Source of the DNA: Pseudomonadota bacterium
GTDB taxonomy: Bacteria; Desulfobacterota; Desulfobacteria; Desulfobacterales; JBDRRP01
DNA: 64,000 nt
Assembly (NCBI GenBank): GCA_043825735.1
Contig: JBDRRP010000115.1
Span: 62,001 to 126,000, forward strand
Reading direction: 5' to 3'
In this document: piece by piece, positions 8,517 through 18,553 of the stretch
How the letters are laid out: every line of letters begins with the position of its first letter
Position numbering within the stretch: position 1 is the first letter of the stretch
The notes under the pieces: generated by a model
What the model saw: only the letters and a program-made list of their open reading frames with translations
Databases searched by the model: none
What the model was told of the DNA's origin: nothing
Program-made: the position numbers and the translations under genes

Positions 8517-9722
8517 ATGCTGCGTACTGCTGACTATACGATTCAAGGTTTCTTGTACCAGTTTAACAAGACTGCCTTGGAAATACTGAAAGCTCAGGAT
8601 GATGATACAATCACCGTTGAGGGCATTGTTGAGGACATCGAGATATCGTCCCCTGTATCCTTGACGGCAATTCAGTGCAAGTACCATGAGGCGAGCACAT
8701 CCTTCACTGCGAGCGCGGTATACAAGCCATTGCTCCAAATGCTCAAGCACTTCTCTGAGAATCAAACCGCGAACATTCGTTACATCCTATTTGCACATTT
8801 TCCAGGGGTTGGTGCGACGCCCCCGGCTGTCGCCAAGGCCACCCTACAGGCAGCCTTGGCGTCCAAAGACAAGGCGCTCATGAAGCACGTTGAGGCAGTA
8901 CCATCAGGAATTAACCTCGACACCTTCGAAGACCGTTTCACCATGGAGTTCGGCCCTAGTTACAACGACATTATGAAACAAGTCGGCAAGGAATTGGAGG
9001 CTAACGGGATTCAGGAGGACGACATTGAGACCCTCGCATATCCAAACGCAATTCATATGATCGCAACGCTCAGCGTGAAACATAACCCAGCAGACAGGAA
9101 TATAACGAAGAAACAGTTCCTTTCTGATCTTAAGGCTATCCGCACAACGGCAATCTCCCGGTGGACGCTGGCTCTCAAGACCCGAGATAAACTACTTCAG
9201 GCGCGTCGCAAGCAACTCAAGGTGCACCTGGATAAAAATGCTCGGCTCCGCTACTTCGTCATTAACCCTAACAGTATTGAAGACTACGACACCGAGATCG
9301 TCATTTTTATCATCGACTATATCGACAAATACCACTTCAAACAGGCGCACATCAGCACACCCGTAATGTGCCTTTGCGCAAACCTAAGCCAGATTCAAGA
9401 CATCCAGCACCGATTATACGCAAAAGGCATTGTTGCAACAGACGGCTATGTGGGCGCGAATTTCGAGGGTTCGTTTTTCTTTCGGGAGCCGCTGTTTTCC
9501 AAGAGCACTGGAGGCAAATTGAAGCGCGAATTCTCCCTACGCATCTTAAGTTGGGAGGAGCACGGGAAGGTACTGAACGACCGAAAGTGTGATGACCTCT
9601 TCATCATTGGCGAGCCGGACTGTGATTTACTCGACACCGTGGACGTAAATGTCGAGCGCCTGACAGGTGCAACAATGAAGGAAATCAAATACATCATGGG
9701 GGTAAGCAATGCCTACGAATAG
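8517..9722 (+). CDS. DUF4297/Cap4-like PD-(D/E)xK nuclease of a DUF4297-HerA type system (cassette 2)
   Basis: GFLYQ...EGIVEDI...AIQCKY N-terminal nuclease motif; overlaps herA. Confidence 0.8.
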   Translation: MLRTADYTIQGFLYQFNKTALEILKAQDDDTITVEGIVEDIEISSPVSLTAIQCKYHEASTSFTASAVYKPLLQMLKHFSENQTANIRYILFAHFPGVGATPPAVAKATLQAALASKDKALMKHVEAVPSGINLDTFEDRFTMEFGPSYNDIMKQVGKELEANGIQEDDIETLAYPNAIHMIATLSVKHNPADRNITKKQFLSDLKAIRTTAISRWTLALKTRDKLLQARRKQLKVHLDKNARLRYFVINPNSIEDYDTEIVIFIIDYIDKYHFKQAHISTPVMCLCANLSQIQDIQHRLYAKGIVATDGYVGANFEGSFFFREPLFSKSTGGKLKREFSLRILSWEEHGKVLNDRKCDDLFIIGEPDCDLLDTVDVNVERLTGATMKEIKYIMGVSNAYE

Positions 9723-11481
9723 TATCGGCCAGGTTCTATCCTGTTCCCCGGAGGCAATCATCGTTCTCATTGACAATTTAAAGGTGTTCGAAGAGCACAA
9801 GACGGTGCTTCAGGTAGGTCGCTACCTACGGATTGCACAGGGAAACAACGACTTCACTGTTGCTGCAATCCGGAACGTCCGTGGCGTTCTCGGCCAAGAT
9901 GCTGATGGCAACCCGAAATGGCAGTTCCACATTGAATGCCAGGCTGTCGGTACACTGGTTGACGGAAAAGTGTTCGAACGAGCAAGTGTTCTCTTGCCCG
10001 TGCCAACTGAGCCAGCGTTTCCGGCAGACAAAGAAACCCTTGACAATCTCTTTGCCGAAGATACCGACTATCAGTTCCCCCTTGGCCAGCTATCGCTTAA
10101 CAAGGCGATCGACATGAAAATCCATGGCGATCGCTTCTTCAGCAAGCATATCGCCATCGTGGGGTCCACCGGCTCTGGGAAATCATGTACCGTTGCTCGA
10201 ATTCTCCACGACGTGGTTGGAATCGCCGATGAGAAGAATTCGAACATCGGGAAGCAGAATAACTCCCACGTCGTGATCTTCGACATCCATGATGAATACA
10301 CGGCCGCGTTCACTTTGCAGAAGGATCAGAATTTCACATTGAATCGTCTCGATATAGACAGTCTTCAGCTTCCTTATTGGCTTATGAATTCTGAGGAGTT
10401 AGAAAGCATGTTCATTGAGAGCAATGAACAGAACTCCCACAACCAAGTCAGCCAGTTCAAGCAAGCAGTTATTCTGAACAAGGAAAAACACAATCCGGGG
10501 ATCAAGGAGATGACTTACGATACCCCGGTTTATTTCTCAATTACGGAAGTCTATCAGTATATTGAAAACATGAACCGGGAGGTGATTGGTCGTCTTGAGA
10601 ACGAAAACCAGCCGAAACTTGCGGATGGGTCGATAGTTTCTGACCGTCGCGTTTACTTCAATGAATCCAAGTCTTTCGTTGCCACTTCTACTGCCAAGGC
10701 CGACAAGGCGACAAATGGGCCATTCAACGGAGAATTCAACCGCTTCGTATCGCGGCTGGAAACCAAGCTCGCAGATAAGCGCCTACGCTTCTTGCTTCAC
10801 CCGGGTAAGCCTGGCGGTATTCCTTACAAGACTGATGATTTCGAAGAGATTATAAAGCAGTTCGTCGGTTATCTGAACAAAGCGAATATCACGATCGTAG
10901 ACCTCAGTGGAATTCCGTTTGAAGTTTTGAGTATCACGGTGAGTCTCGTCTCTCGACTAATATTCGACTTTTGCTTCCACTACTCAAAGCTGCGCCACGA
11001 AAACGATGCTTTGAACGATGTGCCTGTCATGATTGTTTGTGAAGAAGCCCACAATTACATACCTCAGAAAGATAACGCTGCATATCGTGCATCACGTGAA
11101 TCGCTCGAGCGTGTTGCGAAAGAGGGGAGGAAATACGGACTCAGCCTCATGGTTGTGAGCCAACGTCCGTCAGAGGTTTCTGAAACAATATTCGCTCAGT
11201 GCAATAATTTCCTTGCGCTCAGGCTTACTAACAACGCGGATCAAAATTACGTCAGGAGGCTATTCCCAGACAATACAAGTGGGATTACGGACATCCTACC
11301 GAACCTCGCCTCCGGCGAATGTATTGTCGTGGGCGATGCTGTTCTGCTTCCCGCCGTTGTCCAAATGCCATTACCGAAACCTGAACCGCATTCACGGAGT
11401 GTTTGTTTCCACAAAGAATGGAAGGAGCCGTGGCGGGATGTAACGTTCGCAGCGGTTACTAGTCGCTGGAGAAAGGAATAA
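9709..11481 (+). CDS. herA: HerA/FtsK-family ATPase (cassette 2)
   Basis: HIAIVGSTGSGKS, FDIHDEY, EEAH, AKEGRKYG, SQRPSE. Confidence 0.93.
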   Translation: MPTNSIGQVLSCSPEAIIVLIDNLKVFEEHKTVLQVGRYLRIAQGNNDFTVAAIRNVRGVLGQDADGNPKWQFHIECQAVGTLVDGKVFERASVLLPVPTEPAFPADKETLDNLFAEDTDYQFPLGQLSLNKAIDMKIHGDRFFSKHIAIVGSTGSGKSCTVARILHDVVGIADEKNSNIGKQNNSHVVIFDIHDEYTAAFTLQKDQNFTLNRLDIDSLQLPYWLMNSEELESMFIESNEQNSHNQVSQFKQAVILNKEKHNPGIKEMTYDTPVYFSITEVYQYIENMNREVIGRLENENQPKLADGSIVSDRRVYFNESKSFVATSTAKADKATNGPFNGEFNRFVSRLETKLADKRLRFLLHPGKPGGIPYKTDDFEEIIKQFVGYLNKANITIVDLSGIPFEVLSITVSLVSRLIFDFCFHYSKLRHENDALNDVPVMIVCEEAHNYIPQKDNAAYRASRESLERVAKEGRKYGLSLMVVSQRPSEVSETIFAQCNNFLALRLTNNADQNYVRRLFPDNTSGITDILPNLASGECIVVGDAVLLPAVVQMPLPKPEPHSRSVCFHKEWKEPWRDVTFAAVTSRWRKE

Positions 11482-11484
11482 AGT

Positions 11485-11546
11485 GCCCAACCAAAGCATT
11501 CAGCGGATCGCAAAAAGCGCGCGCTCATTGATGCCCAGCGTTAGAA
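11485..11546 (+). repeat. attC site 2 (partly degenerate)
   Basis: GCCCAAC three bases after the herA stop, imperfect GCATTCAGCGGATCGC / GCGCTCATTGATGC arms, GTTAGAA. Confidence 0.78.
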
Positions 11547-11751
11547 GCCGCGCACTGCGCCTATCATTCTACAATTGGCGGCGCACCAGGTTGAATAGAG
11601 GAACATGGCAACCATTCTTCATGACAACTGCGACAGAATTAGACCGACGTCAGCCTAATCCACTTTGAATACGACGTCTATTAAATATGAATGTTAGACC
11701 ACCAGGTGAGAAACGTCTGATCAACCATAAACGATATTTGGGAACAGCAGA

Positions 11752-12747
11752 ATGACGAAGAAATCGCTAAATCGAAGCCTGGGTGTCGCGAAGGCGACCA
11801 AGCAGGATGAATTTTACACCCAGCTCTCGGACATCGAGAAAGAACTACGGCATTACACAAAGCACTTCAAGAACAAGACCGTCCTGTGTAACTGTGACGA
11901 TCCCAAGGTCAGCAACTTCTTTCACTACTTCTCGTACAATTTCGAGAAGCTTAAGCTAAAAAAGCTGATCACCACCTGCTACAAGAATTGCGATGCCGAT
12001 CTGTTCAGCCAGCACAAAGAGGAAAGAGGACTCTACCTCGAATACGACGGTGACAAGAACGATAACCGAGTCCCCGATCCGGACGAAATCGGCATTTACA
12101 AGCTAAAAGGCGACGGTGATTTTCGCAAAGAGGAATGCGTTAAGCTGCTCAAGCGAGCGGATATCGTCGTCACCAATCCGCCGTTTTCATTGTTCAGGGA
12201 ATATCTCGAGCAGTTGATGATGTACAAGAAGAACTTTCTGATCATTGGGAATCACAATGCGATCATCTACAAAGAGATTTTCCCGTTGATAAAGGACAAC
12301 AAGATGTGGCTGGGCAATACGCACCCTGTCGCCTTCGTCGTCCCCGATCATTATGAAATGCGAAAGGTGAGGAGTTGGCGCGACGAGAACGGAACGAATT
12401 GGCGCAGCCTGGGAAACGCCTGTTGGTTCACCAACCTTGACATCTCCAAGCGTCATGATGAGTTACCGCTATACGAAAAGTACACGCGGAAGAAATTTCC
12501 AAAGTACGACAACTACGAGGCGATTGAGGTCGCGCGATATAAAGAAATTCCGGATGACTACGACGGCGTGATGGGCGTCCCGGTGACATTCCTTGAGCAT
12601 TACAATCCTGAGCAATTTGAGATCATCGGCTGCAATCGAGGCGTCGACCAAGACCCGAAAGGTGTCTACGGAAGGGGTTCGCATCTGAACGGCAAAGAGA
12701 CTTTCAAGCGAATCTTCATCCGAAATAAAAAACCAATTTTGGAGTGA
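11752..12747 (+). CDS. Adenine DNA methyltransferase, M.EcoRI family (cassette 3)
   Basis: DEFYT, VLCNCDDP, GDGDFR, DIVVTNPPFSLF, MGVPVTFL. Confidence 0.9.
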   Translation: MTKKSLNRSLGVAKATKQDEFYTQLSDIEKELRHYTKHFKNKTVLCNCDDPKVSNFFHYFSYNFEKLKLKKLITTCYKNCDADLFSQHKEERGLYLEYDGDKNDNRVPDPDEIGIYKLKGDGDFRKEECVKLLKRADIVVTNPPFSLFREYLEQLMMYKKNFLIIGNHNAIIYKEIFPLIKDNKMWLGNTHPVAFVVPDHYEMRKVRSWRDENGTNWRSLGNACWFTNLDISKRHDELPLYEKYTRKKFPKYDNYEAIEVARYKEIPDDYDGVMGVPVTFLEHYNPEQFEIIGCNRGVDQDPKGVYGRGSHLNGKETFKRIFIRNKKPILE

Positions 12748-13307
12748 ATGACATGACCGACTTTGATTACTGGAAGAAACAGTACAAGGAGACTTGGGGA
12801 CGGTCGTCTCAAAGAGAGACGGCCATTGCTGAGTATTTGGCGCAAGCGTCCGGCGAGAAGATTAAGCCAGTGGGTCTGGGGGCTGGCAGTGCAGACTTCC
12901 TTTCTGGATCGGCGTCAGCGCACGGTCATGTAAAGGGGGACGCTGACCTCGTAGTCGTTGGAACGAGTATCTACCTCGAAGTGACGGGACCGCTTGTGCC
13001 GAGTGTCGATCAAAACCAAGACCTGTGGGTCAGGCCTGACAAAGTTGCAAATGCCAACAAGAACAAAATCTCACACGAGACATGGGTTGTGCATCACCTG
13101 CCAAAGAACAATCTGATTCGAGTTGTGCCACTTGATAGTGGGTTTTGGCAAGCGTTAGAAGCTGGCGTCTTTCCTATAGTGACGCCTCGCATTCGTGGAG
13201 TGCAGGAGCGATATCACGCTATCCCGGCAACGCACTCATGCGTCAAATCTTGCAGTGTACTGATTCAGAGACTTACGAACATTTCGACTAAAGGACAAGC
13301 CCGATGA
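12744..13307 (+). CDS. Hypothetical protein, possible restriction-endonuclease fold
   Basis: GDADL...YLEVTG resembles PD-(D/E)xK. Overlaps both neighbours by 4 nt. Confidence 0.55.
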   Translation: MNDMTDFDYWKKQYKETWGRSSQRETAIAEYLAQASGEKIKPVGLGAGSADFLSGSASAHGHVKGDADLVVVGTSIYLEVTGPLVPSVDQNQDLWVRPDKVANANKNKISHETWVVHHLPKNNLIRVVPLDSGFWQALEAGVFPIVTPRIRGVQERYHAIPATHSCVKSCSVLIQRLTNISTKGQAR

Positions 13308-14398
13308 AGATCGAACTCAAAGAGATCACGGTGCAGAAGTTGACCGACGGCTTCGCGGACAACGACGAGCATGGAGTCGTCGCGTATGGCGGATATCTCG
13401 ACATTCGACCGCCGTATCAAAGAGAATTCATCTACAAGGACAAGCAGCGAGATGCGGTGATCGACAGCGTGCGCAAGGACTTTCCGCTGAATGTGATGTA
13501 CTGGGCGGTGCGCAATGACGGCCATTACGAGGTGATCGATGGGCAACAGCGCACAATTTCGATTTGTCAGTACGTCAATGGAGACTTCTCTATCGTCGGG
13601 CTCGCGTTCCACAATCTGCAAAACGATCAGCAACAACAAATTCTTGATTACAAATTGATGGTTTATTTCTGCTCCGGGACTGACAGCGAAAAGTTAGATT
13701 GGTTCAGAACCATCAACATTGCTGGCGAGGAACACACCGATCAGGAATTGCGCAACGCGGTTTATGCTGGACCGTGGACTGCCGACGCCAAGCGCTATTT
13801 CAGCAAGACGGGTTGCCCTGCCTACGGGCTGGCGAGTGACTACGTAAAGGGCATCGCCATCCGGCAGGAGTATCTTGAAACGGCTATCGGATGGCACGCG
13901 AGCGCGACGTCGGAGGGCACGATCGAAGAGTACATGTCGAAGCATCAGGACGATCCCAACGCCGTCGCACTGTGGAACTACTTCCGGAGCGTCATTGACT
14001 GGACCAAGGCGTCCTTCCCGAAGTATCGCAAGGAGATGAAGGGCGTGAAGTGGGGGTCACTCTACAACGAGTTCGGGAGCAAGGCACTCGACGCCGGCAA
14101 GCTGGAGAAGCAGGTTGCAAAGCTAATGATGGACGACGATGTGCAGCGAAAACCGGGAATCTACCCTTATGTGCTGGATGGTGACGAAAGGCATCTGAAT
14201 ATCCGCTCGTTCTCCGACAACATGAAGCGGGAAACGTACGAAAGGCAAAAGGGTGTCTGCGTCAAGTGCAAGAAAAAATTTGAACTACACGAGATGGAAG
14301 GCGATCATATCAAGCCCTGGCACGAGGGCGGGAAGACTAACGCGGCGAACTGCCAGATGCTATGCAAAGAAGACAACCGAAGAAAGTCGGGGAAATAG
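13304..14398 (+). CDS. DUF262 (GmrSD-like) plus HNH nuclease
   Basis: YQREF, IDGQQR, FRTIN; C-terminal CVKC...DHIKPW...NCQMLC. Confidence 0.9.
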   Translation: MKIELKEITVQKLTDGFADNDEHGVVAYGGYLDIRPPYQREFIYKDKQRDAVIDSVRKDFPLNVMYWAVRNDGHYEVIDGQQRTISICQYVNGDFSIVGLAFHNLQNDQQQQILDYKLMVYFCSGTDSEKLDWFRTINIAGEEHTDQELRNAVYAGPWTADAKRYFSKTGCPAYGLASDYVKGIAIRQEYLETAIGWHASATSEGTIEEYMSKHQDDPNAVALWNYFRSVIDWTKASFPKYRKEMKGVKWGSLYNEFGSKALDAGKLEKQVAKLMMDDDVQRKPGIYPYVLDGDERHLNIRSFSDNMKRETYERQKGVCVKCKKKFELHEMEGDHIKPWHEGGKTNAANCQMLCKEDNRRKSGK

Positions 14399-14403
14399 GA
14401 AAG

Positions 14404-14463
14404 GTCTAACAATCGCTTGCAGCGGACGCAGTCAAGCCACGCCGCTGAGGCGCGGCGTTACAA
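14404..14463 (+). repeat. attC site 3
   Basis: GTCTAAC...CGCTT(G)CAGCGG(A)CG / CGCCGCTGAGGCG...GTTACAA; matches the cassette start GTTAGAC at 11693. Confidence 0.85.
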
Positions 14464-14931
14464 ACCGCTCACTATGCGCCTATCAATGGTTTATGCCGGC
14501 CGATTCGCATTCATCGAGGAATATCTAACCCATTCTATTTGCGCTCGGCTCTCAGTGCGCCACCATCTTACCGCTCCGGTCCCGCGCCCCCATCGAGCCT
14601 TGACGCTGCCCCATCTACCGGCCATCAGGTGGCCTCATTGCGGCGATCACAGGGTGGCTCGTTTACGGCGATCCCGGAATGGCTCTATGGCGCCGATCAC
14701 TAACAACACACATCTGAGGAATCGAGATACGCATCGACATGCCCCGTATCACCGAGGTGTACTTAAGCCATCCCCAGTCCAACCGGCCAACGTAAGGGGA
14801 ACTCGGCTATTGAGATTTGAGGTCAGCTTGACGTCCATTCAGACCTTGACAACCGGGCCAAAAGTAGACAGAGGTGAATGCAGGTATAAAGATTTAAAGG
14901 AATAAACCAAAAAAACCGAAGAGGAGGTCGG

Positions 14932-15114
14932 ATGCCAAAGCCCCGCAAACTTCAGATCCCGGTAGCCGCCCCATCGACCAAAAAGGACCACCTGAACGCG
15001 AAACTGCCGACAGAACTCAAACACCAAATGAAGGTGTATTGCGCCCAGCGGCAGATCACGATCCAGGATTTTTTGATCGAGGCGATACAAAAGGCCATGA
15101 GTGATGGCCGGTAG
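14932..15114 (+). CDS. Small ribbon-helix-helix-like DNA-binding protein
   Basis: GAGGAGG RBS; LNAKLPTELKHQMKVYCAQRQITIQDFLIEAI fits the RHH pattern. Confidence 0.7.
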   Translation: MPKPRKLQIPVAAPSTKKDHLNAKLPTELKHQMKVYCAQRQITIQDFLIEAIQKAMSDGR

Positions 15115-15116
15115 GG

Positions 15117-15464
15117 TTACGGCGGAGGCGGTGCCCCAGCCCCGTATGAACAGAGGAACCGCTCGACACCCCACTTGAGCAGGGTGAAAAACCCGCCGGC
15201 AACGGCCGCGATGATAAGGTAAAGAAGGATCCCTCCGGCACGCTCCACCGACCGGTGAACCTTGCCCCAAGTCTTCAAGAATGCCCGCAGCGACTCGATT
15301 CCGTTGTCATGCTTGCCACCGCCGACATCCTTGAGGACACCCATCAGATGCGGCATTTCCTGTGCGGCCTCAGCCGACAGCCCGCACGGCGCCTTTTCCA
15401 GATACCTGGACAGAGCACGATCAGCCGCCAGGTCTGCGATCCGCTGGTCCCGTTCGTCATCCAT
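15117..15464 (-). CDS. Small membrane protein (possibly holin-related)
   Basis: One hydrophobic segment GGILLYLIIAAVAGGFFTLL. Follows pro, where P1 has lysis genes. Confidence 0.55.
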   Translation of the reverse strand: MDDERDQRIADLAADRALSRYLEKAPCGLSAEAAQEMPHLMGVLKDVGGGKHDNGIESLRAFLKTWGKVHRSVERAGGILLYLIIAAVAGGFFTLLKWGVERFLCSYGAGAPPPP

Positions 15465-15468
15465 GGAA

Positions 15469-16467
15469 TCAGTCCTTCCATTCGTAGGCGGCGGCGGCAC
15501 GGCCGTAGACCCGGTCTGAGTCCGGCTTTTTTACCACGTCAAAGGGCCGGCCCGACCCGGGCAGGGGGTACCGGCCCAGGTCAGCCTTGGCGGCCGACTC
15601 GAAAAACCCGATCACCCGCTGGAAGTCCGATTCGGAGGCCATCCGGACCATGGCATCCGCGACATCGGCCGGGACGACCACGACCGACTTCCGGGCGCAT
15701 TCGGTCACCAGTGCCCGCCGGGCCTCATCGCGCTCGCGCGCGGTCCGGGCCATAGCGTCCAGGGCCTCGACCCGCTCCATCAGGGCCGACTCGAAGATTT
15801 CCGCGTTGGCCAAACGCTCGGTCAACTCGTCCACCTTGTAAACCGCAGACGCGATCCACCCGTGCATGATGGCCTCGGCCTGGGCGCCCTCGATACCGGC
15901 TTTCGCGATGGATTCGAGCACCATGTCTTTGGTCTCTGCCGACTCCAGGACGTACCCACGGTTTGACGAAAACCCCGGATTGAGCACGTAGTCGAACCCC
16001 TCAAACGAACTTACCCGGGTCGTGCCATGACGACCGCCGTCACGCCCGCCCATGGCCCAGGAAAACCCCCCGACACGGCTTTCGTGAAGGCCCTGAACTA
16101 CGCGGCCCGGTGCGTTCGCGACCAGCAGTTCCTGGGCATGGCTCACATTGCCAGCCTCATCGATCTCGAAGGCAGTGGTCACGCACGCCGGCACGTTGTC
16201 GACAATCACGAAACTGCCGTCCGGCATCTGGACCCGCTCGGACTCTGCGATGGCGGCCTTGCCTGCCATTTCCCTGCGGCCGTGGCCGAGGAAGCCCAGC
16301 TTCTCCCGCAATCTGATCCCCTCCCGGGTGGCCGGGGCGTAACACACCTCACGGGCGTTCTCCAGAACGTACTTGCGATGATGGCCGGTGTATTTGCGGC
16401 CCTCATCGAACAGATTGAACTGACACTCGATTACCGGCCCGGGGCCGGCCCCCTGTTTTGCTCCCAT
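15469..16467 (-). CDS. pro: P1 Pro-like prohead processing protease
   Basis: Directly downstream of the portal; GHGRR, GGFSWA and GFDYV..P motifs of prohead proteases. Confidence 0.75.
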   Translation of the reverse strand: MGAKQGAGPGPVIECQFNLFDEGRKYTGHHRKYVLENAREVCYAPATREGIRLREKLGFLGHGRREMAGKAAIAESERVQMPDGSFVIVDNVPACVTTAFEIDEAGNVSHAQELLVANAPGRVVQGLHESRVGGFSWAMGGRDGGRHGTTRVSSFEGFDYVLNPGFSSNRGYVLESAETKDMVLESIAKAGIEGAQAEAIMHGWIASAVYKVDELTERLANAEIFESALMERVEALDAMARTARERDEARRALVTECARKSVVVVPADVADAMVRMASESDFQRVIGFFESAAKADLGRYPLPGSGRPFDVVKKPDSDRVYGRAAAAYEWKD

Positions 16468-16469
16468 GA

Positions 16470-18146
16470 TCAGTCTCCCGCGTAAAACCGGTTTATCATT
16501 CTGGTAACCGCCGACTCCATCACCGACTCACCGCCCTCGCCGGCCTCACCGCCCTCGCCAGGCGGCGGGGCCACCTTTCCCGGAAACATGGATTTGAATT
16601 TCTCTTCATCGACGCGCAACACATCGGTAAAGAGATAGTTTGCCACGGCCGGGAAATCGCACTTTGAAAAATCTGGGTCGATCATTTGGACCACCTGCGC
16701 GATCATGGTGGCCAGGTTGATGCGCCCCTGCATATTGTCGGCCTCCTCGCGCTCCAGGGCCGACGAAATCGAGTTGAACACCAGCCGCCATGGTCTTTGC
16801 CCTGGCAGGAAATATTTGCCGTGTTTCAGGGCCACATGGATGCAGAACAGTTCCTCAATTCCGGTGCGGATCGCATGCCGTATTGCCTCCGATTTGATGG
16901 CCGCGAGGATCGACAGCCGGAAGAACCCGCCCTCCCCGAGGCCACCACTCAGCATGTCACCGAAGCCGAGTAGCGACGGATCTACGCCGAGTCCGCCTCC
17001 GAGTCTATTGACGTGGAATTTCACATCCTCCAGCCCGTCTATGTTCGGAGAGCCCTCCACGGTGGATATGTCCAACCGGCCCCGGTCTCCGAAGATCGGG
17101 ACCAGGTGGTTCACGATGGTCTGCACGAACCCCTTGGCCAGGCTTTGCCGGGCGTGGGCCTCGTTGGCCCGCTTGAGCCGTGATGAAATGGTGTTGAGGT
17201 ACTCGGCCGCCTTAACCGGCGAGAGCTTCCCGGTCTGAACGCCCACCAGGCGCTCCAGGCGGGCCGCATTGCGCCGGCTCATATTGAGGCTCAGGATTGC
17301 TTGTTGGAGGTCATACCAAGGTTCGTAGGCCGTTCTGAGCAGACTATCGCCGTAGTTCTGTGTCTCGACCAGTTCCTCGCGGTAACAGTCGTCATCCCGG
17401 ATATCGAACTGGTCGATATCGTACCTGGTCGGTTCGACATCGCCCTGGGTATGCCACTTCGGCAGTTTGAAGGCCACGAATTTCCAGGGCTCGATTACCT
17501 GGATCCGCCCCTCCCTGGCCGTGTTCTGGTACGCATGCGTGTACCCGGCGAGGCGGCCGCCGTGCTCGTATTCCTTCAAAAACCTGGGGTGGGTGTAGTA
17601 GTCGCTACGGACATGCTCGATCCCCTTCCCGGGGACTCCATAGGGCCGGAGATACCAGACGCCAAGCGTTGCCGCATTGTAGGCCCACTCCTGGCATCTG
17701 GAGTTGATCAAGTCTTTGAAGGTTTCGCGCAAATCGTTGACGATAGGGTCGTCCTTGTCGCCCAACGACTCGACGCTGACTATCTCGCCGGTGCCCGTCT
17801 TCGCGCTCAGGGACTGGGAGACGTGAAGCGCGATCGCTGCACTGATTGTCGGGTCAGAGATCATGCAGGCGTAGGTCGAATACCTGGCCAACCGATCCCG
17901 CGGCAGCATGCCGATAAGCTGGTCGTCTTCGGCCGATAACTCTGACGTGCTGTCGGGCAAAACCCCTTGCGCCCGCAGGAAGGCCTCCCCGAACGGGTGC
18001 GAGCCCATCACATCGCCCTGCGAGGCCATCCCGACGATATCGGAGCTTTCCTCGTTGCGCCCCTTGTCGAATCCGGGGAACAAACGACGGAATAAAGATA
18101 CCTTTTTTTCTTTACCGTCGTCCGAAACCTTCGGCTTTTTTGCCAT
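16470..18146 (-). CDS. prt: Portal protein (P1 Prt-like)
   Basis: 558 aa; DPTISAAI and LGVDPSLLGF portal-type motifs; prt-pro order. Confidence 0.8.
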   Translation of the reverse strand: MAKKPKVSDDGKEKKVSLFRRLFPGFDKGRNEESSDIVGMASQGDVMGSHPFGEAFLRAQGVLPDSTSELSAEDDQLIGMLPRDRLARYSTYACMISDPTISAAIALHVSQSLSAKTGTGEIVSVESLGDKDDPIVNDLRETFKDLINSRCQEWAYNAATLGVWYLRPYGVPGKGIEHVRSDYYTHPRFLKEYEHGGRLAGYTHAYQNTAREGRIQVIEPWKFVAFKLPKWHTQGDVEPTRYDIDQFDIRDDDCYREELVETQNYGDSLLRTAYEPWYDLQQAILSLNMSRRNAARLERLVGVQTGKLSPVKAAEYLNTISSRLKRANEAHARQSLAKGFVQTIVNHLVPIFGDRGRLDISTVEGSPNIDGLEDVKFHVNRLGGGLGVDPSLLGFGDMLSGGLGEGGFFRLSILAAIKSEAIRHAIRTGIEELFCIHVALKHGKYFLPGQRPWRLVFNSISSALEREEADNMQGRINLATMIAQVVQMIDPDFSKCDFPAVANYLFTDVLRVDEEKFKSMFPGKVAPPPGEGGEAGEGGESVMESAVTRMINRFYAGD

Positions 18147-18157
18147 CTGGTGGACCC

Positions 18158-18553
18158 CTATCTGAGTTCCATCTCCTCGTCGGCGGCTGTGAACTCAACC
18201 GCATCGCCGTCGGTCGTCGGCATGACATGGTAGGCATCGAGCACGTTCACCGAATTGAAACGGGCGTCCTCGTAGGCAAAGGCGGCAGCCAGGTTGTACG
18301 CTGGCGATCCATAATCCAGGTCCTCAATCCACTGGTAGTCCAGGTGCTCGCCGAAGGACAGGTCACCGGCCTCGATAAACATCCGCTTGAGAAGCCACCA
18401 GTACGGGCCATAGCCACGGTAGCGCTTCGGGTTTTTGAGTAGCAGAGCCCGGATCGCGGCCATCATTGCGGCGACCCATTCGGGCTCGGTCCTGGCGCCG
18501 GATCCGGCGGCGATCACCTTGTCCAGGTCCTCACGGTTTGGTTTCTCGATCAT
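18158..18553 (-). CDS. Ulx-like protein (DarB packaging helper in P1)
   Basis: Coupled downstream of darB as in P1; similar size. Confidence 0.55.
   Translation of the reverse strand: MIEKPNREDLDKVIAAGSGARTEPEWVAAMMAAIRALLLKNPKRYRGYGPYWWLLKRMFIEAGDLSFGEHLDYQWIEDLDYGSPAYNLAAAFAYEDARFNSVNVLDAYHVMPTTDGDAVEFTAADEEMELR

Larger units (their letters stand above)
7413..14463 (+). mobile_element. Integron-type gene cassette array, no intI in window (CALIN-like)
   Basis: Three attC sites. Each cassette's leading 7-mer is the exact reverse complement of its own downstream R'' box. Confidence 0.85.

Noticed and set aside
14524..14600. ATCTAAC as the start of a fourth attC
   Set aside because: No convincing paired arms or matching R' box.
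14417..14905. 162-aa ORF after attC3
   Set aside because: Starts inside attC3, no RBS, atypical composition.
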